Below are positions 36,869 to 52,090 of a stretch of 64,000 nt of DNA, piece by piece. The first letter of the stretch is position 1; each line of letters opens with the position of its first letter. The position numbers were made by a program, and so were the translations under genes. The DNA is from Octopus vulgaris (Eukaryota), in the NCBI GenBank assembly GCA_951406725.2, contig OX597823.1, forward strand, positions 97,588,001 to 97,652,000, written 5' to 3'. The notes below the pieces were generated by a model. It saw only the letters and a program-made list of their open reading frames with translations. It did not search any database and was not told where the DNA came from.

Positions 36869-38626
36869 CTAAGAACAAAGCAATAATTAGTTTGCATATG
36901 AATGAATTAGTGACATTAAAGTTTTATTATTTTCACAGTACAGATGAGCCCAGAAATATTCATATCTTCAATTCATCTGTGGTAGTGAAAATGGTTCTGT
37001 ACCTTTACTCTAAATGTGAATAATCTTAACAAGTCCATTATCAGAACTGAACATAAAATTAAGATTAATGGTGCTTTCTAGACATGTTGATCATTTTTCC
37101 TTAGTTACATATAAAACCACTCTGGAAAAAAAGTATAATGAAATGTTTCCTCCCAAAATTGAGAAAGGAACAAAGTATAACCTCAAGAATGAGTACATCT
37201 TCATAATATTTGCATGCTTAATACTTGCAGAATGATATTTGCAAGCCACCTACTTCTCTCTCTTCCCAACTTCCCTTATCAATCATCCCTCAACACATGT
37301 TCATAATATTCACCCTCTCACTCATTCCTTATCTCTAACTCACCCTCATGCTCTTGTAACCTATACCTACCTACACTTCCTGTTCTGTCCCCACCCACTT
37401 CATATTCTGAGGGTTCACTCTGACATCAAATCACCACTATTTTTTTAATATCTTTCCATCTCCATTCTGTTCACTCACACCCTCTCTTCTATAATGTGAG
37501 TAGCTGCTTACCTCCCCTACAGCAAAAAAACTTGTTCTGTTCAGCCCCCTTCTCTTTCACTTTAACCCTCTCATATAGCATAAAACTGCCTCCTGGAAGG
37601 GATCTCAGTTTTGCAAACTGCAAGGAGACCAAACTAGTGCTGGTACAACAAAAAAAAAGAAAGAAGCACAGAGTACATGTTGCAAAACGGTTGGTATTAG
37701 GAAGCATAACTAGCTGTAGAAGCCATGCCAAAGCAAAAATCAAGGTATGATGCAGTCTTCAAACCCAGTGGATCCTGCTAAGTGGTCTAACTTATGCTGC
37801 ACGGAAAATTAAGATGGGACATTAACCCTTAAATGGCTGACATCATCAATTGCCATTTCATTAGAGAATAGTAGATGTCATCCATTGAAGTTTCAAAACT
37901 TTTTCAAGGCTTTGGCCATTACCAATTGATACCCAAGTGTCTACTTTGTCAAATGCACGAAGCATAAGTGATCCTTATTGATGGGAGAAATCAAATCACA
38001 AATGGAAAATTTATAGTGTTGTGACTCCCCTTCATCATCAGCAATAGATGATGATGATGAGGATGCTCTAGATAGAGCAGAAGAAAGTGATGCTTCAAGT
38101 ATCTTTGGATGGAAATGGTGCATTGATTTTTCTCCATTTGTACTTTCTTTTGGCAACAACATGGGAATCTAAAATGAAATTATGCTCAAGCCAGATATGT
38201 AAAGGAAAGTGAATATTTTAAGGCACTTTCTGATAACGAGATTGTAAATTTTTATAGTTTTTGCCCTTTTGGCTCATACATTCATGCAACATTTTCTTGT
38301 CATTTAAGGGTTCACTGATGATGATAACGGGAATCACTTCAAAGCAGAAAAGACTAACTGGTTTTCTGCCAAGACACAAACTACATAGTTATCACTAGCT
38401 AGATATTAATGTGCCTGTAGTTCATTTTCCATCTCAAACTGGGTTTTATAAAATCAGTCTCATCAATATTTAAATACCAGCAGTGAGCTATAATAGTTGC
38501 AAGTGTGAATCTCTAGCAGGGACGTTAAATTCACATCTGATAAAAACTGTAAATCAGACATACTGGGAAAGATAATACAAATACTATTAATAAATGACAA
38601 AGATCAACCAACAAATCACTATAAAG

Positions 38627-39467
38627 CAGCATTTCTCAACCAAGGTTCCCTGGAACCTTAGGGTACCACAAACGGTTCCTAGGGGTTCCGTGAGAAAGAG
38701 TGAGATAAGCTAATGCTAATTTCATGATCATAATATTACTATGCATGCACAACATATTATTGGTTATTGTAATACTCTTTTCTACTCTAGGCAAAAGGCC
38801 CTAAAATTTTAGGGAGGGGGCCAATCGATTAGATCGACCCAGTATGCAACTGGTACTTTATCAACCCCAAAAGGATGAAAAGCAAAGTCGACCTCGGCGG
38901 AATTTGAACTCTGAACGTAAAGACAGACAAAATACCGCTAAGCATTTCACCCAGCATGCTAACGTTTCTGCCAGCTCGCCACCTTATGGTTATTGTAATA
39001 TAGACATCATCCTATCTAACCTTATTATGTTATCAAAAAATTATAACAACCATATATATATATAGATGTAAACAACCATATATATATATATATATGTAAA
39101 AAGATTTGAGTGAGGTCATTGCCAGTACTGCCTGACTGGCGCCGTGTCTGTGGCATGTAAAAAGCACCCACTACACTCTCGGAGTGGTTGGCGTTAGGAA
39201 GGGCATCCAGTTGTAGAAACTCTCCCAGATCAAGATTGGAGCCTTGTGCGGCCGTCTGGTTCACCAGCCCTCAGTCAAAATCGTCCAACCCATGCTAGCA
39301 TGGAAGGTGGACGTTAAATGATGATGATGATATTTACCATGTGAAATACGATGAAAAAATATAAGAAAGATATGGTATATGATTTTTTTTTTTTTGTGCA
39401 GGAGTTCCTTGAGACATATAATTTATTTCAAGGGTTATGCAAGGGTAAAAAGTGTTGAGAAACACTG
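38627..39467. mobile_element. hAT-type MITE with nested SINE B and SINE C
   Basis: TIRs cagcatttctcaac / gttgagaaacactg and 8-bp TSD (c/g)tataaag. The nested SINE B has TSD tggttattgtaata (38761-38774 and 38987-39000). Confidence 0.85.
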
Positions 39468-42400
39468 GTATAAAGAGTTTAAACTCTTACAGCTCTGGTC
39501 ACTGACATGTGAGTAGTTTAGAGTGCTAACTTTAAACAACAATACTGACAAACCTAAAACAAGAGTATGTTATAGTACAGACCACATCCAAAATTGGAAT
39601 CACAAACAAAAGTAATTTATACAATAACTAACAAAAGATACATTTTTAGATGAAAGAAAGTAAAAAACAAACATCAATCTATCATTAGATGAAAGTGCAT
39701 GTCTTATGACTTTTTGTTCTGAAACAGCTTAGAGATATTTTAGAACCAGTTTCCAATCACATTATAGTACCTACAAAAGATGTATAATGAGCTAAAAGTT
39801 AAATATAATGGCTCAAAATTCATTGTCATATTCAAATATTAGTGTTGATAACATATGTATGAGTACATGCGTAGGCATGGAAATCTGAGCACTGTGAGTT
39901 GGAAAGACGTGTGTGTGTGTGTGCGTGCACACATGCATCTGTATGTGTATGTCTATGTTCAGCAAAGGAATAATTAGATTAATAAAATGTTGTGTACAGC
40001 ATTAGAGAGAGGGGGGCAGGGGGAGAAATCACTCTACAATCTTTCAGAATTTGATTTTCATGAGAGCTTTATCATTTGGCAACTCTACAATTCTCAAATA
40101 CAGTGTAATTATTGGATGAAGAGCTGAGCATTAATTGTTTGAAAAAGTATCATTAAAGACAATGAGTCTAAAATATTAAAGGTATTGGTCAATATATGGA
40201 AAATCAATTCTACTGTAATATCTAACAGTCAATTCTCAAATTCATTGAACTCATAGAAAACAATGTTAAGGTTGCAAAACAACTGTATGATCAGGCAGGT
40301 GAAACTGTGATGAAATCTTCCTTCGTAGAAACACCAATTTCTCGGTGTTACCATACAAACAAACACACATGTACAGTTGTTACAGTGATAGTTGGTATGA
40401 AAAGCATCATGTAAGTGAATATGTTGACTATGTTGAATACCACAAACATATATAGGGTATATATATATATATATATACGGCGCCTTGCTGTACTCAAGAA
40501 GACCCATCCTCCACAGCAGAAGTGTTAATGCCATTTTGCCTGTTGAAGAGGACTGGTCTGCAAGAGCCATGTGCTGGTGCCCCATAGAAAGCACCTGTGC
40601 TGGTGCCACTTAATAGCACCAAGCACACTCTATAAAGTAGCTGGTGTTAGGAAAACCATCCAACCGTAGAAACCAGGCCAAATCAGACTTGAACCAGGTG
40701 GCAGCTGTCTTGTTTGCCAGCTCTAATCAAGCCATCAAACTATTGCCAGCATGAGAAAACAGACACTAGATGATGATGATGATTATATATATATGAATGA
40801 CATTGTATAGAATTATCATCATATTGATTTGAATCACCAATGTATTAATGATTTACAAAGGACATTCAATTCAACATAAGCACATTCAGACATAATCAAT
40901 TCTACTTAATTGCAGAGGCTCACTGACTGAAATTCTTATGCAATTAAGTAGAGTATACAATTAACCGAATTTGGAAGCATGCGATAAAAACAGGATTTCA
41001 AAACATTGTCAATCATAAGGTTTTGTGGCCATGTTACACATGTGTGAATTATACAACAAAATATTCTTTTTTAATTATAACACATTTAATGTATTTATAA
41101 ATCACTAATTTTCTTCCAAGTCGAAGCTATGTTTTTTGCAGTGTAGTTATATTTTGATATGACAATCATATTCAATTACCCATGCCAAACCAGATTCATA
41201 TGTTTCAATTATGTTTTTAACACATTCTAAATAATTCTATAACAACTAGGGTTACATGGATTAAAATTTCAGTTGGACCAATTATAGATTAATATGATCA
41301 GTAATTAAAACAAAATGATGTCCATTTAGCACTTGATTCAAAATTAACTTTTTATTTTTTACAAATTTTATTGACAACAAACGTTTATTTTTACTGAACA
41401 ATTTTATTTCCCAATTAAAAGTAACATAAAATTACACCAGAATCTGAACTTCAATAATCTTTAATTTATTGAACTTGCAAGAATAACTTAACTCATTTGA
41501 CATCAGCTGTTTGTAAACATGAAACACCGGTGAACTGTCATTTAACTCATGAAAGTGGAAGTTTCTACAATCTATTTAGTTATATCATATCAAACAAATG
41601 TTCAATTTCATGTCACATTCACCAAGTTTATACTTCAAAAACATCTTATGTGATTAACTAAAATTTTATTTAGATTTTATTCTAAATGGTTGTGCTTTCG
41701 AAAGTTATAAATTAACTGAATTATGTAATTAAATAGAATCAAATATATATATATATATAATTATCATTATCGTTTAACATCCACCTTCCATGCTGGCATG
41801 GGTTGGACAGAACAAGAGCCAGCCAGACAGCAGCCTACACCAAACTTCTGTCTGTTTTGGCAGAGTTTTTACGGCTGGGTGCCCTTCCTAACACCAAACA
41901 CTCAGCAGAGTGGACTGAGTGCTTTTTATGTGACACAAGCACAGGTAAGGTCAGTTCTGGCAAAGTTTTTACAGCTGGATGCCCTTCCAAATGTCAACCA
42001 CTTTACAGTGTGGGCTGGATGCTTTTATGTGGCATCAGCACTGGCAGGGTCACCAAGTAACTTGCAAGACACAGATCCTTTGAGAGGGGAGGGGGTATCG
42101 AAGGAGGCGAACTTGTGCCAGATGATGAAAGGTTATAGTGAGACAGAGAGGTGGAAACAGGTGTCTTACAGTAGATGAGGTACATGGTTACCAAGCCAGA
42201 GAGAGAGAGTCATCAGAAATGAAGACAGAAACAGGTGTACTGTTGTAAAGGAGACACATGACTACCCAGCCTAAGGGAAGAGCAGGAGAAGGAGGGGAGA
42301 GAGAAAGAGAGAGAGAGTGGAAGAGAGCAAAAGAGTGATGGAAGAACAGGCAGTAAAAGGAGACTGATTAGAGGAAAAAAAGAAAGAGAAAGGATAGGAT

Positions 42401-43634
42401 AGTAGAGAAAGAGAGAGGAGACTTGCAAAAGTCAGAGCAACAGAGTGGAAGGGTGACAGAAAAAGGGAGAACTAAATACGAAAAGAGAAGTAAATAAAAT
42501 AGAAATGAAGAAAGAAGAAAATAGTTATAAGAGTCTTTTTTTCTTTGCTTTTGTCTCCAGAGAGCAATGATACTTTTTTTTTTTTTTTTGTCAGAGCCTC
42601 TGAGATTGATGGGAAATCATACCCAACCAGAGACCTGTTCTGAATTCTTACAAAACAAATGAGTTGAGAAAACGCAGGGACCAGGTGGTGATATGAAACT
42701 GGGTGACAGATTAAGTCTTCTATGAGAAGGAATACAAAGTAGAGATAATAAGAAAAAAAATAATAAAGAGGGAATGAAAGAATGGAGAAAGAGTGAGAAA
42801 ATATGATACAGAGACTCTATGACAAAAATGTTTGAAGACAAGGAAAAGAAAGCTGAAAGAAGGGAATGGGTAGCAGAGTAAGATTCCTCAAAATCATAAT
42901 TCTTGAAAGGGTATGTCAGACATGTACGTACTTTTATATCATATGAAGAGTTATTTGTGCACATGCTTAACCACAAACACACATATATGTATACATACAT
43001 ACACACATACATACATACACACACACACACATATGTATATATTATCATTGTTTTAACATCCACTTTTCAATGCTTGGTATTTGTTGAGGTGGATTTTCTA
43101 TTAGCTGGTTGCCCTTCCTGTCATCAATCCTCACCTGTTTTCAAGCAAGGTAATATTTCCTCTTGGCCTGGTATGTTTTTCATGGAAGATTAGAAATAAA
43201 GGGCACTGCTGGTATGATGGCAACTCTCGTTTATATCACTGGTGTGATATCAAAACAGGGAGATACACACATGTACACACATGCACAGATATGAATGACA
43301 GGCTAATTTCAGTTTCCATGAACTAAATCTACTCACAAGACATTAGTAAGCCTAGGATAGAGTAGAAGACTCGAGCCAACAGTGCCATGTGGGGGTGACT
43401 GAATCCAAATTTATATGGTTTAGAAGTCACACAGTCATGTCTGCATGTGTGAGGGGGGTATATATATATCCATCCATCTCCTCTCACTATCCCTGGGGGT
43501 GGTTATGGGCGTAGAGTCCTCAGGCATCTCCATAGAGTCCTATCAGAAGCAACTGTCATTAGATTTTCCATCAGGATTCCCAAGTGCAACCAAAGAAGTC
43601 TGTGGATATGATATGATATGATATGATATATATA

Positions 43635-44047
43635 GGCGCAGGAGTGGCTGTGTGGTAAGTAGCTTGCTAACCAACCACACGGTTCCGAGTTCAGTCCCAC
43701 TGCGTGGCACCTTGGGCAAGTGTCTTCTGCTATATAGCACCAGGCCGACCAATGCCTTGTGAGTGGATTTGGTTGACGGAAACTGAAAGAAGCCCGTCGT
43801 ATATATGTATATATATATGTGTGTGTGCATGTATGTTTGTGTGTCTGTGTTTGTTCCCCTAGCATTGTTTGACAACCGATGCTGGTGTGTTTACATCCCC
43901 GTTACTTAGCGGTTCGGCAAAAGAGACCGATAGAATAAGTACTGGGCTTACAAAAGAATAAGTCCCGGGGTCGAGTTGCTCGACTAAAGGCGGTGCTCCA
44001 GCATGGCCGCAGTCAAATGACTGAAACAAGTAAAAGAGTAAGAGTAT
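43635..44047 (+). mobile_element. SINE family A, full-length and CpG-rich
   Basis: ggcgcaggagtggctgtgtgg...gactgaaacaagtaaaagagtaagagta. Confidence 0.9.
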
Positions 44048-44469
44048 ATATACACACACACACACACATACATACATGCATGTGTGTATTTATACACACA
44101 TATCAGTGTATGCACGTGAGGTTGAACACATACACAAATAGCAATTATAAACCCTACAGAAAACCCAATTAGAGCAGGTGTATCGACTGTCTTAATATTA
44201 AGTACCCAAAGTGGCATTAATAGCAACTCCAAAAAAGATTTTAAAAAACAATTTTACACCCAATGAGGCGCAACTCATGAGCAACAAAAACACAAACATT
44301 CATTTCATCCTCAACATGAACTCTAAGAAAGCTAATAACTACAAATTTGAAAGAATAGCATTGTTTTGCTTGAAGCATTGTGGTACAGAAGTAAAATAAT
44401 AAATAATGAAAGAGAGCTTCTAACGATCAAACGGAAAATTGAGTAACCTTCATATATTAGGCACAAAAG

Positions 44470-44547
44470 CAGAGTGGTTGGTGTTAGGAAGGGCATCCAA
44501 CTAGAAACTCTGCCAAATCAAGATTGGAGTCTTGTACAGCCATCTGG

Positions 44548-44583
<36 letters not shown>

Positions 44584-44940
44584 ATGTATATATATAGCCT
44601 TACTGGCACTTGTGCTGGTGGCACGTGAACAAAACATTCGAGCGAGGTGGTTGCCAGTGCCACTGGACTGACTCCTGTGCAGGTGGCATGTAAAAAACAC
44701 TATTTGAGCATGACCGTTGCCAGTACCACTAGACTGGCCCTCGTGCCGGTGGCACGTAAAAGCAGCCACTACACTCTTGGAGTGGTTGGCGTTAGGAAGG
44801 GCATCCAGTTGTAGAAACTCTGCTAAATCAAGATTGGAGTCTGGTGCAGCTATCTGGTTCGCCAGCCCTCAGTCAAAATCGTCCAACCCATGCTAGCATG
44901 GAAAGCGGACGTTAAACGATGATGATGATGATGATGATGA
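44470..44940 (+). mobile_element. SINE-like family C (partial copy followed by a longer copy)
   Basis: Family C motifs and (GAT)n tail. Confidence 0.8.
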
Positions 44941-45848
44941 AAAGCACCTCATCAGAAGTCTCAACTTTCCCTTTCGCATTGTTAGAAGCTTTCCTTTATT
45001 ATTTATAAATTTGATTTCCTTTTTTTTTTTCCCTCACTAACAAACTGCACCAGCTATTCAATTCTCAAAATACCAGGGTGAACTTTGTTTTATGCCATTG
45101 GTAACGTTTTGATAAGTAGTAACCATGCCCAAACCACAGCGTGTGGCTAGTAATCACACATTCAGTGTTTCTTCACATTTAAATAAACATGCCTCAATTC
45201 AAAAACAATGGCAAGGGAGACAACCACCATGATACTCGTTCACTGACTGTAAATGTAATTAGAAGCCATTGTTCACTGAGCTGATTTGATTACTTTCCTT
45301 ACTGAAGGTCCCTTTCATTACTGAGTCCCTCACATAAGTGTATGAGGGACTCTTTATAGAACATATGACCAACAAATCCACCTTTAAATATGCAAGTAAG
45401 AGGAATGCAAAATTATCGAGCTACAAAGGTATAAAGAGAAGCAACAAAGTTTAAATCCTATAGTCCACAATAATACATTACCAGAACTTACAGCAATCCT
45501 ATATTAAGGAAAAATTACAAATATTAACTAAAGCAATGCGTATCCTAAATATGGGAACTGAGTTAATAAGTAGGTGCCATCATGCAAATAAGTTTCAACC
45601 CTGTTTTAAAGTTTTAAAGCCTTCAAATCAGTTTAATTTGCCAAACAGAAGCTGTCAACACACCAAAAGTTTAACTGACAACCTGGATAAAGCTAATCAG
45701 GAGCCTGTATGATGATGTTCTCTTTCTGCTATAGCATTTCATTCTACCAGAGTGCTCAACAGCAACCATTTTCATCTCAGGAATGCATAAAGACATGAAA
45801 TTCTGTGTAATGAAATGTGAAGTAGCCTAAGCTACTTATATATGTATA

Positions 45849-46650
45849 TCATCATCATCATCATCGTTTAACGTCCGTTTTCCATGCTAGCATAGGTTGG
45901 ACAGTTCGACCGGGGTCTGCGAAGCCAGGAGGCTGCACCAGGCTCCAGTCTGATCTGGCAGTGTTTCTACAGCTGGATGCCCTTCCTAACGCCAACCACT
46001 CTGTGAGTGTAGTAGGTGCTTTTTACATGCCACCGGCACAGGTGCCAGGGGAGGCTAGCAGCGGCCATGATCAGTTGGTGCTTTTTACGTACCACCAGCA
46101 CAGAAGCCAGTCAAGGCGACACTGGCATCGGCCACGTTAGGATGGTGCTTTGTACGTGCCACCGGCACAGGTATCACAACTACTATTTCCATTTGATATT
46201 CATTTTGATGTTGATGTACTTGACTCAATAGGTCTCCTCAAGCACAGCAGGTCATGTGCCACCGGCACAGAAGCCAGCCAAGGCAGCACTGGCATCGGCC
46301 ACGTTCGGATGGTGCTTTTTACGTGCCGCCGGCACAGGTATCGTAACTACAATTTCCATTGACATTTATTTTGATATTGATGTACTTGACTCAATAGGTC
46401 TCCTCAAGCACAGCAGGTCACCCTACGATCCAAGGTAAGCACAGCAGGTCGTTCTGCAAATCCAAGGTGCTTTGGATGGGCTGGGGCTATGCGAAACTGG
46501 GGCAGGAAGCAGCCCAGGTCTTTGCAGTCACAGCATATCTCCAGAGATCTCGGTCTTTCATCATTGCCTCTGTGAGGCCCAACGTTTGAAGGTCATGCTT
46601 GACTACTTCATCCCATGTCTTCCTGGGTCTACCTCTTCCCCTGATACCTT
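45849..46650 (-). mobile_element. Long family C element with internal ~180-bp duplication
   Basis: Starts with (CAT)n. 46087-46255 resembles 46256-46420. Confidence 0.8.
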
Positions 46651-46651
46651 C

Positions 46652-46685
<34 letters not shown>

Positions 46686-47261
46686 TTTCCTACACACTGA
46701 CTTCACTAAGAAATATTTGGTAGTACCTATGACTAACATCATCCTCAGTTAATGTCTGCTTTCCATGCAGGCATGGGTTGGATGATTTAACAGGAGCTGG
46801 TAAGGCTGGGATCCACACTGACCTCCATTGTTCTGGCATGGTTTCTACAGCTGGATGCCCTTCTTAATGCCAAGCACTTTACATAGTGTACTGGGTGCTT
46901 TTTATGTAGCACTATCGCCAGTGCTTATGTGGCACCATCACAGGCGCTTTTTACAGGGTACCATTACAAGTATATTTTACATAGTACCAGCACCGGTATC
47001 AACTCTGCTGTTGTGGACAGGTCTTCCTGAGTACAGCAAGGCACCAGATGTTTCAGCGCTTTGTCATCTCCTTCATAACATACAGTATCTTCAGATTGGC
47101 CTTCAGTACTTCATCCCATGTCTTCTTGGTTTCCATCTTCCATGAGTTCCACCCATTTTAAGTGATGGCACTTCAGTACACAAAGTTCTTCAAGGCTGTG
47201 CCCCAGCATGGCCACAGTCTAATGACTAAAACAAACAAAAGATAAAGATATATATATATAT

Positions 47262-47665
47262 AGACATGGCTACAAAGTAAGAAGTTTGTTTCTTGACCAC
47301 ACGGTTCCAGGTTCAGTCCCACAACCTTTGGGGCACCTTGAGCAAATGTCTCCTACCATATCTTCAGGCCAACCAAAGCCTTGTGAGTGGATTTGGTAGA
47401 TGGAAACTGAAAGAAGCCCATCATATATAGATATATGTATATATCTATGTGTGTATGTCTCTGTTAGCCCCCATAACCGCTTGACAATCAGTGGTGGTGT
47501 GCTTATGTCCCCGTAACTTAACAGTTCAGCAAAAGAGGCTAATGGAATAAGTACTAGGCTTCAAAAAAATAAGTCCTAGGGTCGATTTGTTTGAATAAAT
47601 TCCTTTAAGGTGGTGCTCCAGCATGGCCACAGTCAAATGACTGAAACAAGTAAAAGATAAAAGAT
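47262..47665 (+). mobile_element. SINE family A
   Basis: Family A head, core and tail. Confidence 0.8.
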
Positions 47666-48302
47666 ATATATATATATATAATTAAAAAGAATCACCTGAG
47701 TAATTAAACATTCCACCCAAGTGACACACATTCCAAAAGAAAACACAAACACATGCCAAAAGCATACACTGACACCTACACAGATAAATGTGTTTTGTGT
47801 ATCAGTTTATACACACAGTTTCTTTAGTATTTTAGGTCAGATATATATATATTATGATGGACATATTTAATCAAACACTCCCATTAAAATTTAAACAAAA
47901 ATGTAAATGGTGTTATAGGATTAATGTACAAGATGTGATGGAGCCATACATGAAAAAACAATTACCTTAGGCTCACACAGTAAGTAGAACTACAACAAAA
48001 TATTCAACTAAAACATTGTAAAAACACATTATGGTTAGGTGTGAGTTTCAATATATGGTGTCTAGTCAAAACAGTTTAATATATCAGCACAGTATATATG
48101 TTGGTTAAGAGTGCTGAAATCAATGTTATTACAATCAATGTTTACTATAGGAGGTCTCAGATGTAAGTCAGCCTTGCTTTTCATCCTTGCATGAACAAAT
48201 AAAATAAGTAAACAGCAATATATTGAAAGGCATCAGGTACACTAGTCTCACAAATCTAGGAGAGCCTGCAAAAATTGTGGACCCTCTTCTTCCTCCTCTA
48301 AA

Positions 48303-48570
48303 TCTCTATGTATATAAAGCTGAAGTTGTCTGTGTATGGTAGGTTTGGTAGCCTTCAACTAACACTATCTCCTCCAAGACCCTGCGGTGCAAGTTGACCA
48401 AAATTGGACAATTTTTTTACTGCTGTGTCGCCATTTTTCGGTGTATTTCAACCAGAAAAATGTTCACTTAAAGAGAATAACAAGCTACATAATGCAAAAT
48501 TTTTACTTTTCAAAAATTCCAATTCTAAACTGTCGAAACAAACCCGAGCAACGCCGGGTGATACTGCTAG
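48303..48570 (+). mobile_element. Non-autonomous Helitron
   Basis: A|TC 5' end, subterminal hairpin cccgagcaacgccggg, CTAG|T 3' end, no TSD. Confidence 0.8.
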
Positions 48571-49849
48571 TATTTTACTAAGATAAACCAAGTTGTAAAA
48601 ATAAAAAACATGTCCATGACCTAAGAGAATTCTAATGGCTTCAGGATATTAAACAAAGGTAATAAATGTAGTTAGTCATTCAAGATAATCTGGTACCCAT
48701 TCTTCCTAACATCTAAATGAAATAGAGTTGAGAATTGAGTTAACTACCCAGACACACAGTGAAATAATGAGTTCAAAGGATTTCAACACAAAACTAATGC
48801 ATGTCTGTCACTTCATTTCAGAAGAAATCAACTGTGGTTAAACTAGCATGGGATGGGCTCTATCAGGTCTAAAATGAGAGAGCCTAGCAACAAGAAGCTG
48901 GAATTTGCTGATTTTATGTTCATGGTGGAACAGGAAAAATATTTCTGGCCAGTTTATTGCTTAAAACAGAACTATTGATTGTATCCTGGCAGCTGCCACT
49001 CCTTCCTGGAGGCTATACAATACATTCTGCTTTCAAAGTCCTTGGACTTAGACACAAAAGAGAGTTCTAGACAGGACAGTGTAGTATTTGAATGACAATA
49101 GGTCTCAAATGAGAGGAGTAGCAGTGCTATTGTCAAGTGACTTTCATCAGAATGTGACAGTAATCACAAAAGGAACAAAAGCCTATGAAATTTGTGCTTA
49201 CCTTGAATTATCAAGTTTTTGGACCTAAGTTAGTATCTTCAAACTATTTACAAACATGAGAGTCAGTCCATTTTTAAGTTAAACTGTTTGGTCATTTTGC
49301 TAAAAATTTGTTGGAGAGGGAACGTTTCTTTCCAACATAAATTGCACTATGGACTCAGTTTCTATAAGCTCAAGGATTTAAAAAAAAAACATACAAATTG
49401 ATACCAAAACTGTTCCTCAAACTGTAACACATTTTTACAAATATACAAGTGACTGTGTGAAAAACAAATGCTTGAGTCTATGGCATAACCTGGCAGCTGT
49501 TGCAAGCAGTCGTACTTGCAAATCAATAGACACTGTTGCGGATCACAAGTAGCACACTATCCTGTAGATCATTTAGATTCAATGGAACCTTCATGTCTAT
49601 TACAATATACACTTCAGCACAAATATTAAAATATCCCAAATAATGCAACTGCATAATTTATATCAGCTTATATTAAGAAACTTATGTCATATGTTATAAA
49701 GACTATTAATTTCACTGGACATACTAAAAGAGATATGATTATACTGAGAATGCCATCTATAAACAGACCAGCTACACAAACTAAAAGAAGAATAATAGAT
49801 AGAGAAATGAAGGATATGAAAGTAGAGAAAGTTTCACTGTGGATAGATT

Positions 49850-51150
49850 CAAGTGTCTGACAGAGTAGAGCATGCACTACTCAACTACAATGTTAATCAA
49901 ATAGTATATACCATGCAAAGGCAACGAAGATGCACTAGAAAGAGAAAATTACAGTGGCATCAAGTTGATGGACCAGATTATGAAAGTTACTATGTCACAG
50001 CACAACTGATTAGGAAAAGAATTAGCCTAAAATGAGATGAAGCTTGACTTTGTGTCAAGAGATAGTATTGATCCTCGTGAGACGGCTACAAAGGAAGTGC
50101 TTAGCTAAAAGTAAGCTGCTGTACGCAACACTTGTTAATCTGGAGAAGGTCTTTGGCAAGATTTTACACACTGATATTTGGTAGCCATGAAGGAAACAAG
50201 ATAATTGGCTTGTGAAGACCAGCTGTTCATGGGTACATCTATATATGCTGACACCCTTGTTCTTAATTTCAATCTATAGTAGAATAAGAGAGGCAATTCC
50301 TGATGTGAAAAGAATTTCTTGAATTGAGAGGCCACAAATTAAACTCAGTAAAGACCTCAGCTTTAGTAAGTAGAAAAGATAAAATGGCTGTACTCAATAC
50401 ACAGAAAAAGAGTAGGTAGAAATTCCATAAGGTACACCCAGTGTTGAAACTATAGATACACAAAAGATGAAGTGGAATCACAAGCATGCTAAAAGAGGAA
50501 GTAGACTTTGTATGCACCAAATGCTCAGGATCATTAAGCACTCAGAACATGCATGAACTAGACCTTCTCAAAATCCCTTAAGGCTTCCTAAAAGTAATTG
50601 TGACTTTCTGTTACCTAAGTGAACTAATTAGCATTGAAGGTAGGTGCTTCAAAAGCATTATAAATAGAGCAAGAACACACTAGAGAAGATCCAGAGAGCT
50701 GGATTACCTCAGCTAGTAATAAAGGGATTCTCTCCCAGATTGAAGAGCAGATTGTTTGGTGATTGAGCATGAAATGCAATGCTGTATGGTAGCAAGATGT
50801 GGGCTCTAAATACAAAAGATTTTTGTGAAGACTAGAAAGAAATTAAACATGTGTGTGTGTAACGTTAATATTCATAAACACTAGAGTACAAATTAGTTGA
50901 GAGAAAAGCTAGGTAAAAAAAGGGAATTAAATGTAGTGTGCCAAAAAGAAGACAGCACTGATATGGGCATGTAATATATATGGACAAAGATAGTTGTATA
51001 AAGAAGTGCAGGATGCACCAAGTGGAAGGAGGGAGAGCTAGGAAGACAAGGGATGAAGCGATGAAGACTGATCTTAGTATGCTAAACCTGAGATTTAACT
51101 ATCTGGGAATGGGCAACATGAGTTAGAGAAGAATAGCGCAAGCATGCAAA
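49850..51150 (+). mobile_element. Decayed RTE-like LINE fragment
   Basis: Remnants resembling RT NLEK/DLEKAFD, HKR.SGI..F.C.KC and WYGHV motifs. Homologous to 54170-54860. Confidence 0.55.
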
Positions 51151-52043
51151 ACAAACATTAATTTACTGGTACTGATAGAGGCTGGGTGATAGATCTGTAT
51201 TTGGGTCTCTCACACAATATGCCCTTAAGTTTGTGTCTGCTGCCTCTTTGATTATTTCTCATCTCTCTATTAGCCATCCTCACTTCCATTCATTGTACTA
51301 TGATAACTCTATAACCAAGAATGGTAGTGGATCTTTCTTATTAACTGTACAAGGCATGGCTACATGGATATGAAGCCCATTTCATTACCACATGGTTTTG
51401 AATTCTATATCACTGTGCAGCTGATGGAGTAAGTGTCTAATACTGTAGTCTCAGGCTAACCAATATATTTGAGAAGATCTGGTAAACAGAGACTGTACAG
51501 AAGCCCAGTCTTGATGAATGTTAACATGTTACATGAAAATACTGAGCTACAAATGATACTGTCTGTTGATATTCCCAGTCAACAAAATTATTCTCAAGCT
51601 CTGCACTTTTGAAGACAGGCAGAATAAAAAAAATCCCTTATTTGAATAGAGGTAAAGGTTAGCCATAGCAAGGACATCCCACTATGAAACAATGCCTCTC
51701 AACAGTTGTGAACAGTTTAACATGGGACAAAAATTCAGACCAGAGTGTCAACTTTTAATATACCCAAACATATTTAAGATGGACTGGCAAAACATTGGAT
51801 AAAATGCCTTGTGAGTATTCATGCTGACTCTGAAGGTGAACTTCATATTTCATTCTTTTTGGGGCCAATAAAAAGTATAAATCCAGCGCAGCAGATTGTT
51901 AAAGCATCAGACACTAGGTGGTATGGATAGAAGAAACTTGCAAGTTTGGACAACTGTTTCTCATCCACAAAATACTTTGCCCAGGTATGTGCATGTAGGT
52001 ATAGATATATGGCCAATGTTGGGTAACACAGGTCCAAGATCTA

Positions 52044-52090
<47 letters not shown>

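Noticed and set aside
45323-45352. Small hairpin gagtccctca-cataagtgta-tgagggactc
   Set aside because: Only a 10-bp stem with no supporting context.
49201-49256. Possible Rab18 exon 1 (ATG..SLKILT.. with a gtaag donor)
   Set aside because: In-frame TAG and no GxxxxGKS motif.
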